Below are positions 1 through 11,608 of a stretch of DNA of 64,000 nucleotides, one piece after another. This stretch comes from Phyllosticta citribraziliensis (taxonomy: Eukaryota). Where the stretch lies: the NCBI RefSeq assembly GCF_038025025.1, contig NW_027117355.1, positions 62,001-126,000 of the forward strand, given 5' to 3'. The notes beneath the pieces are model-generated. The model saw only the letters and a program-made list of their open reading frames with translations, searched no databases and was not told where the DNA came from. Both the position numbers and the translations under genes were made by a program. Positions within the stretch are counted from its first letter, which is position 1. Each line of letters opens with the position of its first letter.

Positions 1-2673
1 GCACATGTCCTCCCAGTGGAAAATGGCAGTCTGTCGCTGGATGACGGCAGACACGTCGCGCTTGATGCCCGTGCCCTTCTCGACGACCTGCTTCGAGCCA
101 CCAGCGGATTCCTCGTCGGAACCAACAGTAGGAGGAATTTGGCCGCGGCGGAAGACCAGGACCTCGCCCTTGGACTTTTTGGCCGAAATGAACTCGGTCG
201 CACCCAGATACGTGCAGAGGAAGAAGATCATGAAAGCGATGAGGATTCCAATGTTGCGCCACTTGTGGGAGTGGTAGTACTGGAACGAGCTGTTGATGTA
301 CGCGTCACCTTCGACGAAGTTTTGGCCCGGCTGGGAACCGACCGCGCTGCATACGTAGTTCGACGGGCTGACACCCTCGTAGCCAGGTGTCGAGGGAGAG
401 GGTACAAACGCAGAGCAAGAGAAGTTGCGGTTGTGGAACTCGTTGATCATGAGCGATTCAAAGCCGTACGAGATTGGGTCCAGGTAGTTGATCCAGCGCG
501 ACCATCCTAGCATGTACCGCGTGGGAATGACGAAGCCAGTGTAGATGACCAGGGCCAAGATCAAGATGGCAGCGGGGGCCATGGCCTGCGATAGGGTGCG
601 CGAGACCGAGGCAATGGTTCGGAAAAGCATCGACATGACCAGGGTGAGGATGAAGGACGTGAGGACGAAGAAAAAGAAGGGTCCCGGCTCGCGTCGCAGA
701 TTGGTCATGAAGTACAGGGTAAGGTTGAAGACAAAGGCGTTGAGGATTTTGTACGGCATGTCCGTGAGCATCTACAGTTGTTAGCGCTCGTCATTTGAGG
801 GGTTAAGAGAACATACGGATGCATAGGCCTCGGCTGACGGATGGTACAGGGCATACCGCGCGTGCTTTTCCACAATCGGGCGTTGGGCATACAGCGTGAG
901 GATTTCGAGGGCCGAACCGAAGGCGTTGAAGAGAATGGCAAAGAACAACAGCGCGCCGCGAGAGTAAAAGGAGGAGCTGGTGGACGGCAGGTTGTAAAAG
1001 ACACTGCTGAGAATGAGGGCCATGATGGTGTTGCCAAAGAGCTGGGTTGCGGTGATGCTCGGATCACCCTTGAGACGCTGAAAGCCACGCCAAAGACACA
1101 GCCGCACCTGCTTGCCATACGAGAGCGTGTAGGGCGACTTGACACGCTGGCCCCTGGATTGCTGAGCCTTGCGGCTCTCCTTGAACCTCTCGAGGTACTC
1201 GCCGCCGATCTGATATTTCTTGTCGTAGTCGTCTATGTCGCGCAAGAGCTTGGCGCGCTCTTGGCTGGCCTTCCAGCGCTGAGCAAACTCTTGTGGGGTT
1301 CGGGGGACCTTGTCGTCCCAGCCGGAGCGGACGACACGTTCTTGGGGCGAAGTCATGGACGTCAAAAAGTCGGGCGTGGTCTGGCGATCTGGGCAGTCGA
1401 AGCCCATGTTGATGAAATACTGCTTGGCTTCCTCTGCGCGGCCAAAGTAGATTTGGTAGCCCTCGTACAGGACAATGACCTTGTCGAAAATGTCATATGC
1501 CGACTGCGGGGCCTGGTAGATGGAGACGCAGGCAGTGCAGCCCATCAAGTCGGTCTGCATGCGGAGCGTCTTGCAAAACTCAATGGCGTTGGCGGAGTCG
1601 AGACCTCGAGTCGAGTTGTCCCAGCACTGCAGGGGAGCCTGGGAAAGGGTGGCCTCGGCAATCGACACACGCTTGCGCTCACCGCCGGATACACCACGGA
1701 CAAAGTCGTTTCCTACACGCGTGTTGACGGTGTGGGAGATGCCGTACATGGCCATGACGACGTCCCTCATGTGGTTGGCGTAGGTCCACTTGTCGACATC
1801 GCCAGGGGTATTTCTGGGGGCTCGGGCGCGAGCAGCAAAAGCGAGGGTGTCACCAACGGTCATGTTGGGGAAATGGACGTCGACCTCGGCCGTGTAAATG
1901 GCCTCGCCACGGAAATGCTTGTGCATGCTCTTTCTGCTGATTCCCTGGTAGTTGAGGTACGAGTCGTTTTCGATCTCGAAGCCGTGCGTCTCGCCAGACA
2001 CGGTCTTGAGAAAGGTGGAACAGCCAGAACCGGGAGGGCCCAGGACGACGAGCATTTCGCCGGCCTCGACGAGGCCCTCAAAGTCGTTGAGAATGTCGAT
2101 TCTCCGCTGGCCCTGGCCCATGATTCTCCGGGCAAGGCCAACGCCCTCGAGAAAGACATTGCCCACGCTCTTTTGGTAGTCGGTCTCGGTACCGAAGCCG
2201 TAGACGTTGAGGTTCCTGAAGGCGACACCGGCGGTGCGCTCGGGGAAGCGCTCGGGGTCGCGCGAACGCACATTCAAGAGGGACTTTGCCCAGGCGCGGG
2301 CATTGAAGTTGGGGCCATTGGGGTCCAAGGCGGAGTTTGGCTCGGCCTCGGTAAAGGGATTCTTGCCGACAGCAGAGGCTGTCGACTGGGTCGTGTACTG
2401 CCTGGCGAGGGCCGTCACACGGCGGTTGCGCTCTGATGCATCGGCCTCTGACGAGTCAAAGTGGTCCTTTTCTTCTTTTTCGTCGTCGAGGGCGGGCTGG
2501 TGGACGGATTTTGTCGACTTGGCCGTCTCGGAGTGTGTCGAGGTGATGGTGAGATTTGATTCGGCGCGGTCGTCACGCAGTTGGCGTGCAGAGCGCGAGG
2601 GGCGGAGGTCGGCGCCAGAGCGCTCGACGGTATTGTCAGCGCTGCCAAAGGCAGCCCCGCCCATGAAAGACAT
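1..2673 (-). CDS. PDR (ABCG) multidrug ABC transporter of the Cdr4/AbcG1/Pdr5 type; the C-terminal half lies beyond the window start
   Basis: ATG at 2673 (MSFMGG). Walker [10 protein letters not shown], signature [13 protein letters not shown] and [10 protein letters not shown], then TMD1. Intron 772-816 (GTATGT..CTAAC..TAG) restores the frame to MLTDMPYKI..., then PDR motifs [16 protein letters not shown] and KSKGEVLVF, open to position 1. Confidence 0.96.
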
Positions 2674-2987
2674 GACGGCGGGGAGGGAGAGGAGCCCAGG
2701 GAGAGGTGGAGCGGAGGGTTGGCTGGCTGGGCGAAGGCGAGGGGGGGCGCGGGGGCGGAGTGGAAGTGAGGGAGCGAGGTGGTGGACGGGATCTTCAACA
2801 AAGGCATGGTGATAGGGACAGCTGGGGACTTTTATTTGTGACGACTGGACATGATGGCCCCGACTGGGACTGGGACTGGGACTGGGACTTGGCTTTGGCG
2901 CTCGACCTGACTGACGGATGGTGAGCACATGCAGCCGGGGATCCAGCTACCTACAGTCTGCCCTGGACAGCTTGGGCCCCCGGAAAA

Positions 2988-3005
2988 CGGAAGCGAACGA
3001 CTCCG
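2988..3005. promoter_or_regulatory. CGG-N12-CCG Zn2Cys6 site (AtrR-response-element-like) upstream of the ABC transporter
   Basis: CGG AAGCGAACGACT CCG about 315 bp upstream of the ATG, overlapping an inverted repeat GGGCCCCCGG...CCGGGGCCC (2974-3011). Confidence 0.4.
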
Positions 3006-6000
3006 GGGCCCTACGGGACAAGGCCATCCGGGAGGGGAGGAGCATGAGAAAAGACAGCTCACGGTGAGTCGCATGCCCGCGTCTGCCTGCACGAGCTGCT
3101 GCTGTACGGTGCTCATTGTGCGACACCTGAATGCTCGAGCTTCTTCGACTGCAACTCACTGTCTCGGGTTCGGGTCGTCCCTCTGGTGCCTCTCGCCCTC
3201 ATCCTCATCCTCAACGCCACGCCTCGTACCCATGTCCTCGTACCGTCTCCCGCTCCATTGGCCGTCGCCAGCTCCCTTTGTCCAACCCGACAAACAGCAC
3301 GCACCCACGCACGGCAGACGACTGCTGCTGCTGACTAGCGGTGACGGCTGCATGGTCGCTTAGACGACGTTTGACAGGGCCCGGCTACCCACGTCCCGAA
3401 CACTCTCCAAGCACGTCATGTTGTGTCGAGGTACCTGTGGTAGAGCTGGTAAGCTTAAACTCGTCTCCGCGCGTGGCTTGGCTTCGCATCATGAACCTTT
3501 CCCTTGGTCCATCTCACGTCACCCCACTTGCGCGACCCCGGATATACCTCTGCCGACTGCTATCTACATACACGCATCTAGTCATCCAATCCTGCTCTGC
3601 CGCTGCCTGTGTGGTCAGCACCGTCAAAAGAAACAAACGGGCGGGAAAAGCAGAATCAGGTTCCTCCTCCGGCTTCGACTAACCCGACCGCCAATGACCA
3701 CGCCCGACATTGAAACAGCGATTCTACACTAACCCTGGCGCATCCAAAACCGTGACAACCACGGCAGAGCCCAAAGAGAAACCGAAGGCCTCTCATTACT
3801 TGGCCGCCACCACCACCGTCGAAACAAACAAACCAGCCAAAAAGCCGAACACGAGCACGGCGATGCGAGGATTTTAGCTGCTGGGACCCGAGCCAAGCCA
3901 AGGCCCTGCCCGCAAACCTTCTCTGGAGATTTCCAGGGCATTCCTTGCTCAAGCTACCCTTAAGCCGCTTAACATCACATTGCATCGGCAGCCTAGAGTG
4001 TCGGCATCGGGAGCGCCCATCTGGCTTCTCATTCCCGTCACGGTCGGGGCGGTGCGGTGCTCGCACCGAGAAGCCGCCTACCCTGGGTTGGTGGCCGACG
4101 GGCGGTGGCGCAGTGAGGAGGAGGAGGAGGAGCAGAATTTCCTTGTCTACCTTACATTATCGCCCTTGTGCCTCCACCGTCGTCACCGCTTTGACATTGG
4201 GGCGAGCCCGCTGCCGCCTGGCCTAGCCCTGTGCCTGCCGTCGTCCCTCGTGCCTGGGGCTGGGCTGGGACAGAGCAGAGCCGCCCGGGAAACAGACTGG
4301 ACAGCATCCGGGAGCTCGCACAGACGGCGACGGCGACGGCGACGACCCGAAGACAACTGCTGCGACGAGATAAAGACGCCAGACGTGCGCAGCGTCGAGA
4401 GTGGGCCCTGGCACCGCCAACCCAGCGATCGCCCGCCGGCGCGCAGCACTCCCGTTGCGTGGCGTTGGTGTTGCTTACTCGCCATCCACCATTACTCATT
4501 CTGACCCCGCCCCACTCAACCTCACTCGTTGTCCTAGACCTCCCTATCCCTCTGCTACCCTACCAGCACTCAGCCCTGCCATCATTTCGTTCTTTTCCTT
4601 CCCTTCACCCTCCCCTCTCCACCCCTCGCCGTCAACCGCTCAACCTTCTCTCGCACACCGCCGCGTCGCCGCACTCACACGAGCAGGCGTCGCTCTCCTC
4701 CGCCCGCCATTGGGCCCCCGCCGCGGCGCCTCTTGCCTGTTGTCGAAACAAGGTTGGTCGGGCGCGACGGACACCGCGTGCTGCCCGCGTCCATGGGTCA
4801 TCTATAACCCGACCGCGCATCCACTTTCCACATCAGCTCCACGTCTGCTGCTGCTGTCTGGAAGGGGTGCGCTGATGCGAGGTGATGAATACGATGGGAT
4901 GCGGATGCGGATGGCCCGACTCTGCGCTTTGCGCTTCGCGCTTCTTGCTTCTTGTGGGCATGATTGCGGTGGATTGGGGTGGATGGCATTGGACTGGACC
5001 GGGATTTGAACGAGCCAAGGTAAGTGTGTCGGTAGGTTTCCCCAGCATTTCTTCCATTGCGTCGTTGCGTTTCTTGTCACAACGCTTGCTTGCTTGCTTG
5101 CTTGCTTGCTCAGACAAGCTCCACACACGGTAAGTCAATCAATCCACGCATTCACTCATTTTCTCCCTTCCTCTACCTTATCAACATGCCTATCCTACAA
5201 AGCGCAACGGGAGCCATCGCCACGGCAAGACCTGTGCGTGAAGAGAAGACTGCTGCACAGAAAAACAGCATCCAAAAACGAAAGAATATCCGGAAAGGGA
5301 AGGAGAAGGAAAAAAGGGGAAAGAGATGCGGAAAAGAATTAAACTACTCTTCTTACGTAACCGCCCTCCCCCTGTAACCCCACATACATGCATGCATCTC
5401 TTCATGCCTACCCGCCAGTAGTCCAGCCCGTACAAGAACCTCTCCACATTTGCATACCTGTAGTAGAGAGACGTGTGGTGTGCGTTACGGCACGGAATAC
5501 CCATATACAGGGCATGGACACATCGGGAGGGAAGAGAGGGTAAGCCTGAACAGCACCTTGGAAAGCGAAAGCTTGGCTTCTTCCTCAAAAAACCCATTCG
5601 TCACTTGGCCTGCGTCAAACCCCCGTAAAGAGGCCTATCAAGGTCACTAACCGAAGTTGGCTTCCCTCCCGACGTGTCCTCCACCCCCTATAGATGGCGG
5701 GCGACCGCTCAGCCGTGTTGCCGCGCAGGCTTGTTGCCGGATAGCCAGGTGCTGGGGAATTGGATGGGTTTAGGATGGAGATGTCGGCGGTGTTTGCGGT
5801 GTTTACGGCGTTTACGGTGTTTGCGGTGCGGTGCGGTATAGTGTAGATGTAGACAGCACCGTCGCTCCCCGACTGCCCTGTAACCACCTCCGCGCTGCCC
5901 GCAGCGGATGGATGGGTCTAGCAGTGATGGCGGCGGCGGCGGCGGCGGCGGCGGCTGTGCTGCGTACGTCGCGCACTTGGGTACTTTGCGAGGGAATCGG

Positions 6001-6077
6001 AAAAGAATGGCGGAAGAGAGGAATTACCGTCAGAACAATCGGTGGAAGCGGTAGTATTAGCAGTGTTTTTTTTTTTT

Positions 6078-6502
6078 GGGGACACAATCTCAATCCACAC
6101 TCCCACCCTCCTGATTGTTCACCATCCACACTCTTAAACTGAATCCACCCTCCTATGAATTATATAAGTAAGGGGGCCTGTGAGTAGTAAAATTTTTACT
6201 ATTCTCTTATATTATAATCTTACTCCTGGTATTTTATACATACTTTTTAACCTTACTAACCTAGTTAGTACTACCTTTTATTCTTATTTCTACCTTATCA
6301 CTATAGGCGCGCGCGTGTAGGAGTATAGCAGTGGTGGTGGTGGTGGTGGTAGTAGTAGTAGTAGTAGTGGTGATTATATAAGAACTTGAAAATAATAAAC
6401 AACTTGCCTAATCGAGACTAGATACAGGGAGGGTGTATTCAGTTTAAGAGGGTGGATGGTGAGCAGGGTGGTACAATATCGTGTGGATTGAGAATTTAAC
6501 CC
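6078..6502 (+). mobile_element. Non-autonomous TIR element (MITE-like), copy 1, RIP-mutated
   Basis: 425 bp, non-coding, AT-rich. Imperfect ~75 bp terminal inverted repeats (GGGGACACAATCTCAATCCACAC... / ...GTGTGGATTGAGAATTTAACCC), flanked by T runs on both sides. A homologous copy lies at 16074-16553. Confidence 0.85.
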
Positions 6503-7534
6503 TTTTTTTTTTTTTCTTTTTTTTTTTGCGGTGCTTCTGCTGTGCTATAGACTGCCCAACTGCTAACCCACGGCCATCCTTCATCTCCCTCTGTCCATTC
6601 ATCTGCCATTCTACTCCTTGCCCGTCGCGTGTTGGAGAAAGCAAATGCTTCCGCAGCACGACGCAGCAGAGCAGCAGTTCCCCCGTCGCTCGCATGTAAG
6701 ACGGACGACTGGCCATGGCGGCGAAAGAGCAGAGCAGAGCAGGCCAGAGCAGAGCAGCAGGTAATACAACCCCCGGTCAAGACCCCGCGCATCGAAACAA
6801 ACGGCAAACAGACAACAAGAAATACAACGTCGAAGAGAGTAATGTATGTATTACAAGAAGAGAAAACAAAAGAAAGCACAGCCCCAACGTAAATCAAACC
6901 AGAGGAACAAAGAGAGGGAAAAAAGGAAATTCATGCTCGTCGTAACATAACTACGCTGCCTATCCTACCTGTCCTGTCCTGTCCTGTCCTCCAAGCCCAG
7001 TGCACCAACACCAACACCAACACCAACTACCAAATACCGAATACGTATAAGAAGGAAAGGTAAACAAGCCGAGCCGAGCCGAGCGACTGATAATTATTAG
7101 ACTGAAGGAGAAGAATGCGATGAGGACGACGGTTGTGATGATGCCCTGGAGAAGAGAGGCGCAGGACAGGCGGAGAAGGAAGAGGAGGGAGGAAAAAGGA
7201 ACCACGTGCGCTGCGCTACGCAGCGCGACAAACGCTCCTTGTGTGTGTAGGTACCACCGCGAGCGAGCACGATGCAGCCACAGCAGACAGCAGACAGCAG
7301 ACCACGGACAGGCAGGCAGGCGAGGTGAGCAGATACCTATGGAGGTATGTGGGCAGACAGACAGACAGGCAGACAGGGTACCGTACCGTACTGGTCCTCT
7401 TGCGCCACCACACCAGGACACCGCTCAGGACAGTCAGCTCCTCTCCAACCAACAAACCAACCAATTGAACAGCAGCAGCAGCACTCGACTCGACAACAAC
7501 AGCGATGTCCCCAAAAGTGAGTACAACGGCATGT

Positions 7535-7570
<36 letters not shown>
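7535..7570. repeat. (AGC)12 microsatellite downstream of the fwd-1-like stop codon
   Basis: Read directly from the sequence. Confidence 0.95.
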
Positions 7571-7571
<1 letters not shown>

Positions 7572-7730
7572 GCAGTGAGAGAGCCATCCTCCCTCGCTCG
7601 CTCACATACAACCCTCACACAACCAAGACCCAAGACGCATACATGCATGCGTACGAGACGAGCACAAACAACGCCACGTCGCCATTGTCGACGATGATAT
7701 TTTTTCTTCTTTCTTCGTCACCACCATTCA

Positions 7731-10431
7731 TCACAGCCCCTCGCCAAAAAACCGACTCGCAGCCACAATCTCCTGATCGCCATTGGCAAAGTCCCAGCCG
7801 ACAATCGTCGGGTCCTGGGAGCAGCAAATGATGCGGCGGGCGTCGAACTGCAGCTTGAAGACGCGGCTGTTGCTGCCGGTGGGGTTGGCGGTACCGGCGA
7901 CCAGCGGCACATGTTGGCCGTGGTTGTGGTGGTGGTGATGATGGTGGTGGTGAGGAGGGCCTGCTGCTGCTGCTGCTGCACCACCGTTGTTGTTGTTGCC
8001 GCCGTTGTTGGCTCCCTGGCCTTGCTGCTGTGCGTTTTGCTGGTTTTGTGCGCCGCCAGGCAGAGGCGCGTGAGCAGCTGCAGGACCGGCGACGGCAGCT
8101 TGGGCGGCAGCGCCCTGGGCGCCCGCGGCCGGCGGCTGCTGGAGGGCGTGCGTCTGGCCTTGCTGAGCGAGCTGTTGGAGTTGTTGCTGGACCTGGTGGA
8201 GATGGGCAGCCGTCGCGAGGCCGCCGCCGCCTCCGCCTTGGTTTTGCGCTGCTGCTTGCTGCGACGCCGCCGTCAACGCCGCCATCTGCTGCTGAAGCTG
8301 CTGGTTCAGGCGGGCCGGCGCGGGCCCTCCGCCTCCTCGACGGCGGCCGCCAGCATTGGCCACGGCCTCGCTCTGCAGTAGTCGCTTTGCTATCGTCCAC
8401 TTGCCGTCTGGTGCCTTTTTCCAAATGATGATGCTCTCGTCGTAGGAGCCCGACACGATGCGGCCCCACCGGCTGCCCCCGCCGCCTGGCGGCAGCTTGG
8501 CTCCATAGGCGAAAATGTCCTGAGGGTTGCGGGAGCCAGCGTTTCTCGTGCGACGCTCCTCGCGCGATAGCTCCGTCAGAGCGCCTCTGGCGCGCGCTTC
8601 AAAGTACTGCTGATCTACCGCCCGGGCCTCGGCTTCGAGCTCTTCCTCGTTGCCGGGCATGTCGCCAAATTGTGCTTGCACCGTGCGGACCAGGTTGGCA
8701 TGGCCGCGCAAACAGGCCACTTCTGCGCCCGACGCTCTGTCAAAGATGCGCACCGTCTCATCAGAGCTGCCCGTCACAATGCGACGGCCGTCAAACTGGA
8801 CGCAGGCGATGCCCTTGGTGTGGCCGGGAATCGTTTTTAGGCATGTGCCCGTCCGAATGTCCCACACCTTTACCGTCCGGTCTCCCGAGGCCGACACAAT
8901 CTGATCGTCGTACGTCTGTATCGCATTGACTGCCGCCGTGTGGCCCTCGAGCGTCATGAGCAGGCTGAAAGCAGGCAGCGGCTTGAAATTGAGCTGCTGG
9001 CTCTGCATCTCGGCATCCATCCTGACAATGTAGTTTGGGAATCGGGCGCCGCTACCGGTAGCCTGGGGATAGTCTGCGTCCGTCGGCACGAGCTCGCGGC
9101 GGCTCCATACCTTGATCGTCTTGTCCTTGGAGCATGTGACGAGATAACGATCGTCGAATCGCAGGTTCAAGACGGACTCGCCGTGAGCCCGCTCCAACTT
9201 TTTAATCATCTGCCCTGTCGAGAAGCGCCAAACAATGACGTGGCAATCGCTGCCTCCAGAAACGACAAGGTCGTGTTCGGGGCGCTCATCAAACTGCAAG
9301 CAAAGCACCGACGCGTCGTGGCCCGTCAGCGGCGCCACGACCAACCTCTGCGTCTCCAAGTCCCAAATGCGGATGGTCTTGTCCCTGCTGCCGCTGACGA
9401 CGTACTTGGCCGAGTGCTGGATGGTGTAGACGCATTCCTTGTGCTGCTCGTATGGGTGCGAAGGGTGGGGCAGTTGAAAGTTGACGTAGCGGCCGGAGCC
9501 CCAATTGTCTTCTAACCGTCTCTTTTGCTTGTAAAGGTATTGCCAATTAACCATTGGATCTCCGAAAGAGGACAGGATGAGCGAGGGCCGGATGGGTGGG
9601 AAGAGCATGTCCGCCGGGGGTGGCGATATGGCATCGTCAATGGCAAACTGCGGTCGAGCCTCGATGCGGCGGGCCAGGTCGTTTATCCTCGCCTCGGAGG
9701 GAGATTCGCCCTCGTAGGCAATGTCTTGCATCTCGTCTGTGCTACCGCTCCAGGGGCTCTCGTCTGCCTCTACCAGACCGTGCTGCTCAACCCAATCTTC
9801 TGCGCCATGAGCCTGTGGACGCTCCCTCATCTTCTTCTTGGTGTGCATGCGCTCCAGATCAGCGTCGCCACCGCGGACGCGAGATTTGCGCTCCTTCATG
9901 GCGGACCTGTTTGCCTTTTCCTGCTCTTCAAACTGGCGGATCTGGCGAATGTTGGCTGTCCAGCCCTCGGCGCCAAACATGCATTTCCACAACTGGCTGT
10001 CGAGGGTGCGTCCCCGCCATGACTTGGACAGGGTCGATGTGCGCAGGAGGGTCTCGGGATCGAGGTAGGAGAAGATTTGAAAGGTGATTTCCGGGGGCAG
10101 GTGGAGGACGGGGTCGAGGTGGAGTCGCGAGTTGAGACGCTGGACAATGGCGGCGATGGAGGCGGTGCGCAGCGAGCGCAGAATTTCAAAGGCAAAATCT
10201 GCGGAGAGACGTCAACGACTGAGCAGCTTGAGTTTGGGCCAGGGTGGGGCGGTAGCTACCGGCTCTCTCGTTCTCAGGCAAGCTGAGGATCCAGCCTGGC
10301 AGGGTCACACGGGCCGAGTCGACGTGGTGGGCGTCAGACTTGGGGGGTTCGGAGCGCATTGCGGCGTCGACGTCGCTGAGGCTGCGCGTGTCTTCTGAGT
10401 AGCCCTCGTCGAGCTTGAAGGGAGCGGCCAT
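7731..10431 (-). CDS. fwd-1: F-box/WD40 SCF substrate adaptor, FWD-1/beta-TrCP-like
   Basis: ATG 10431 (MAAPFKLDEGYSED). Intron 10199-10259. F-box (DPVLHLPPEITFQIFSYLD), WD40 repeats (VVSGSRDKTIRIWD, IVSASGDRTVKVWD) and C-terminal SRVFKLQFDARRIICCSQ as I recall from Pezizomycotina FWD-1. Confidence 0.88.
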
Positions 10432-11608
10432 GGTGTTGAGGTAGGGTGTGTCGGAGGCGTACGGGGATGATGTCGGGTCTCGAGCCATTGTCGAGAGCGC
10501 GGACGCACGAGGCCGCCTTGCGGCCAGCGCGTTGCGACTTGCAGATGGTAACCCTAACGCCACGAGGCACTGGCTGACGGATGGCTCTTGCAGGCGGAGG
10601 GCCGGGGCTGGTGTTGGCTTTTTGGATGCTGATGTAGCTGATGGAGCGTTGTGGTAGCGTGCGTGCGTGCGTTGTGGTCGAGGTTAGGGCTGGGCGTGGG
10701 CGTGGGCGTGGGCGGGCAGCGGGCGGCGGGCGGCGGGCAGGGCACCGATGTCGCGACCTGACCTGACCTGACCCAGGGACGGGCGGGACAGACAGGGAGC
10801 TGAGTGACGGCTGGCCCAAGCGTAGGAGTAGGTTGCGGTAGAGGTAGGGAAATGTAGCGAGCGACAGACGGCGACTGCAGTGGCAGATGGTGAGAAGATG
10901 GACGGGTCGAGATGAATGAGGCGGTACCTAGTGGCAGTGGTAGTGGCAGTGGTGGTGCACTGTAGTAGGCTGCGGGCGCAGTCTGGAGTGCCTGTAGCAG
11001 TGAGTGTCTAGTGCCGTCTACCAGGGAACGCGGCAGCTGGACCGGACGGACTGGACTGGACTGGACTGGACACGACGGGCCCTGACAACGACAACATTGC
11101 ATTCACTACAGTATTCTTTCACCTCGTCCACATCGCATCGTCATTGTCTGCTTCACTTCACAGGCCGTCCGTCGTGGTCGTCCACTCAAGGGGCACCTGA
11201 AACCGCGGCGCTACAGTGACCCGCTAACCTAACCCGCCCACTGCTTCTTGCTTGCTCAGTCCCATCATCCCCTACCTCCGCAACTCCACTCTGCTCTGCT
11301 CTGCTCTGCTTCACACCACTCACTCCGCCCTTCCACCATCCATCGCTCTCGATCCTCACGCCGTCCCTCGCTCCCTCCGTGCGCCCTCGCCTCGAATCCA
11401 ACCTTCGCCTCCGCTTCGGCGAGCGCCCGCCCCGGCCAACCTGGCGTGAAGGCGGCCCGCCGCTCCTCCGCTGCGAGGTCTCACCTCACCACCGGTACCC
11501 TACAGTACCTACCTACCCTACAGGATTCACGCTGGCCCTCACCTCAACACCGCCAACACGAATCCCGTTCCCTTTCTCCCTCCTTCACCAGACCGCCGCG
11601 CTGCGACG

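Noticed and set aside
841..2436. Long antisense ORFs (also 17276-18286, 27471-28628, 38294-39184, 57980-59311)
   Set aside because: They are shadow frames of GC3-biased real genes on the opposite strand and show no independent motifs.
10549..10558. TAACCCTAAC as a possible telomerase RNA template
   Set aside because: A match this short is plausible by chance. It sits in a 1.2 kb divergent promoter, too small for a filamentous-fungal telomerase RNA.
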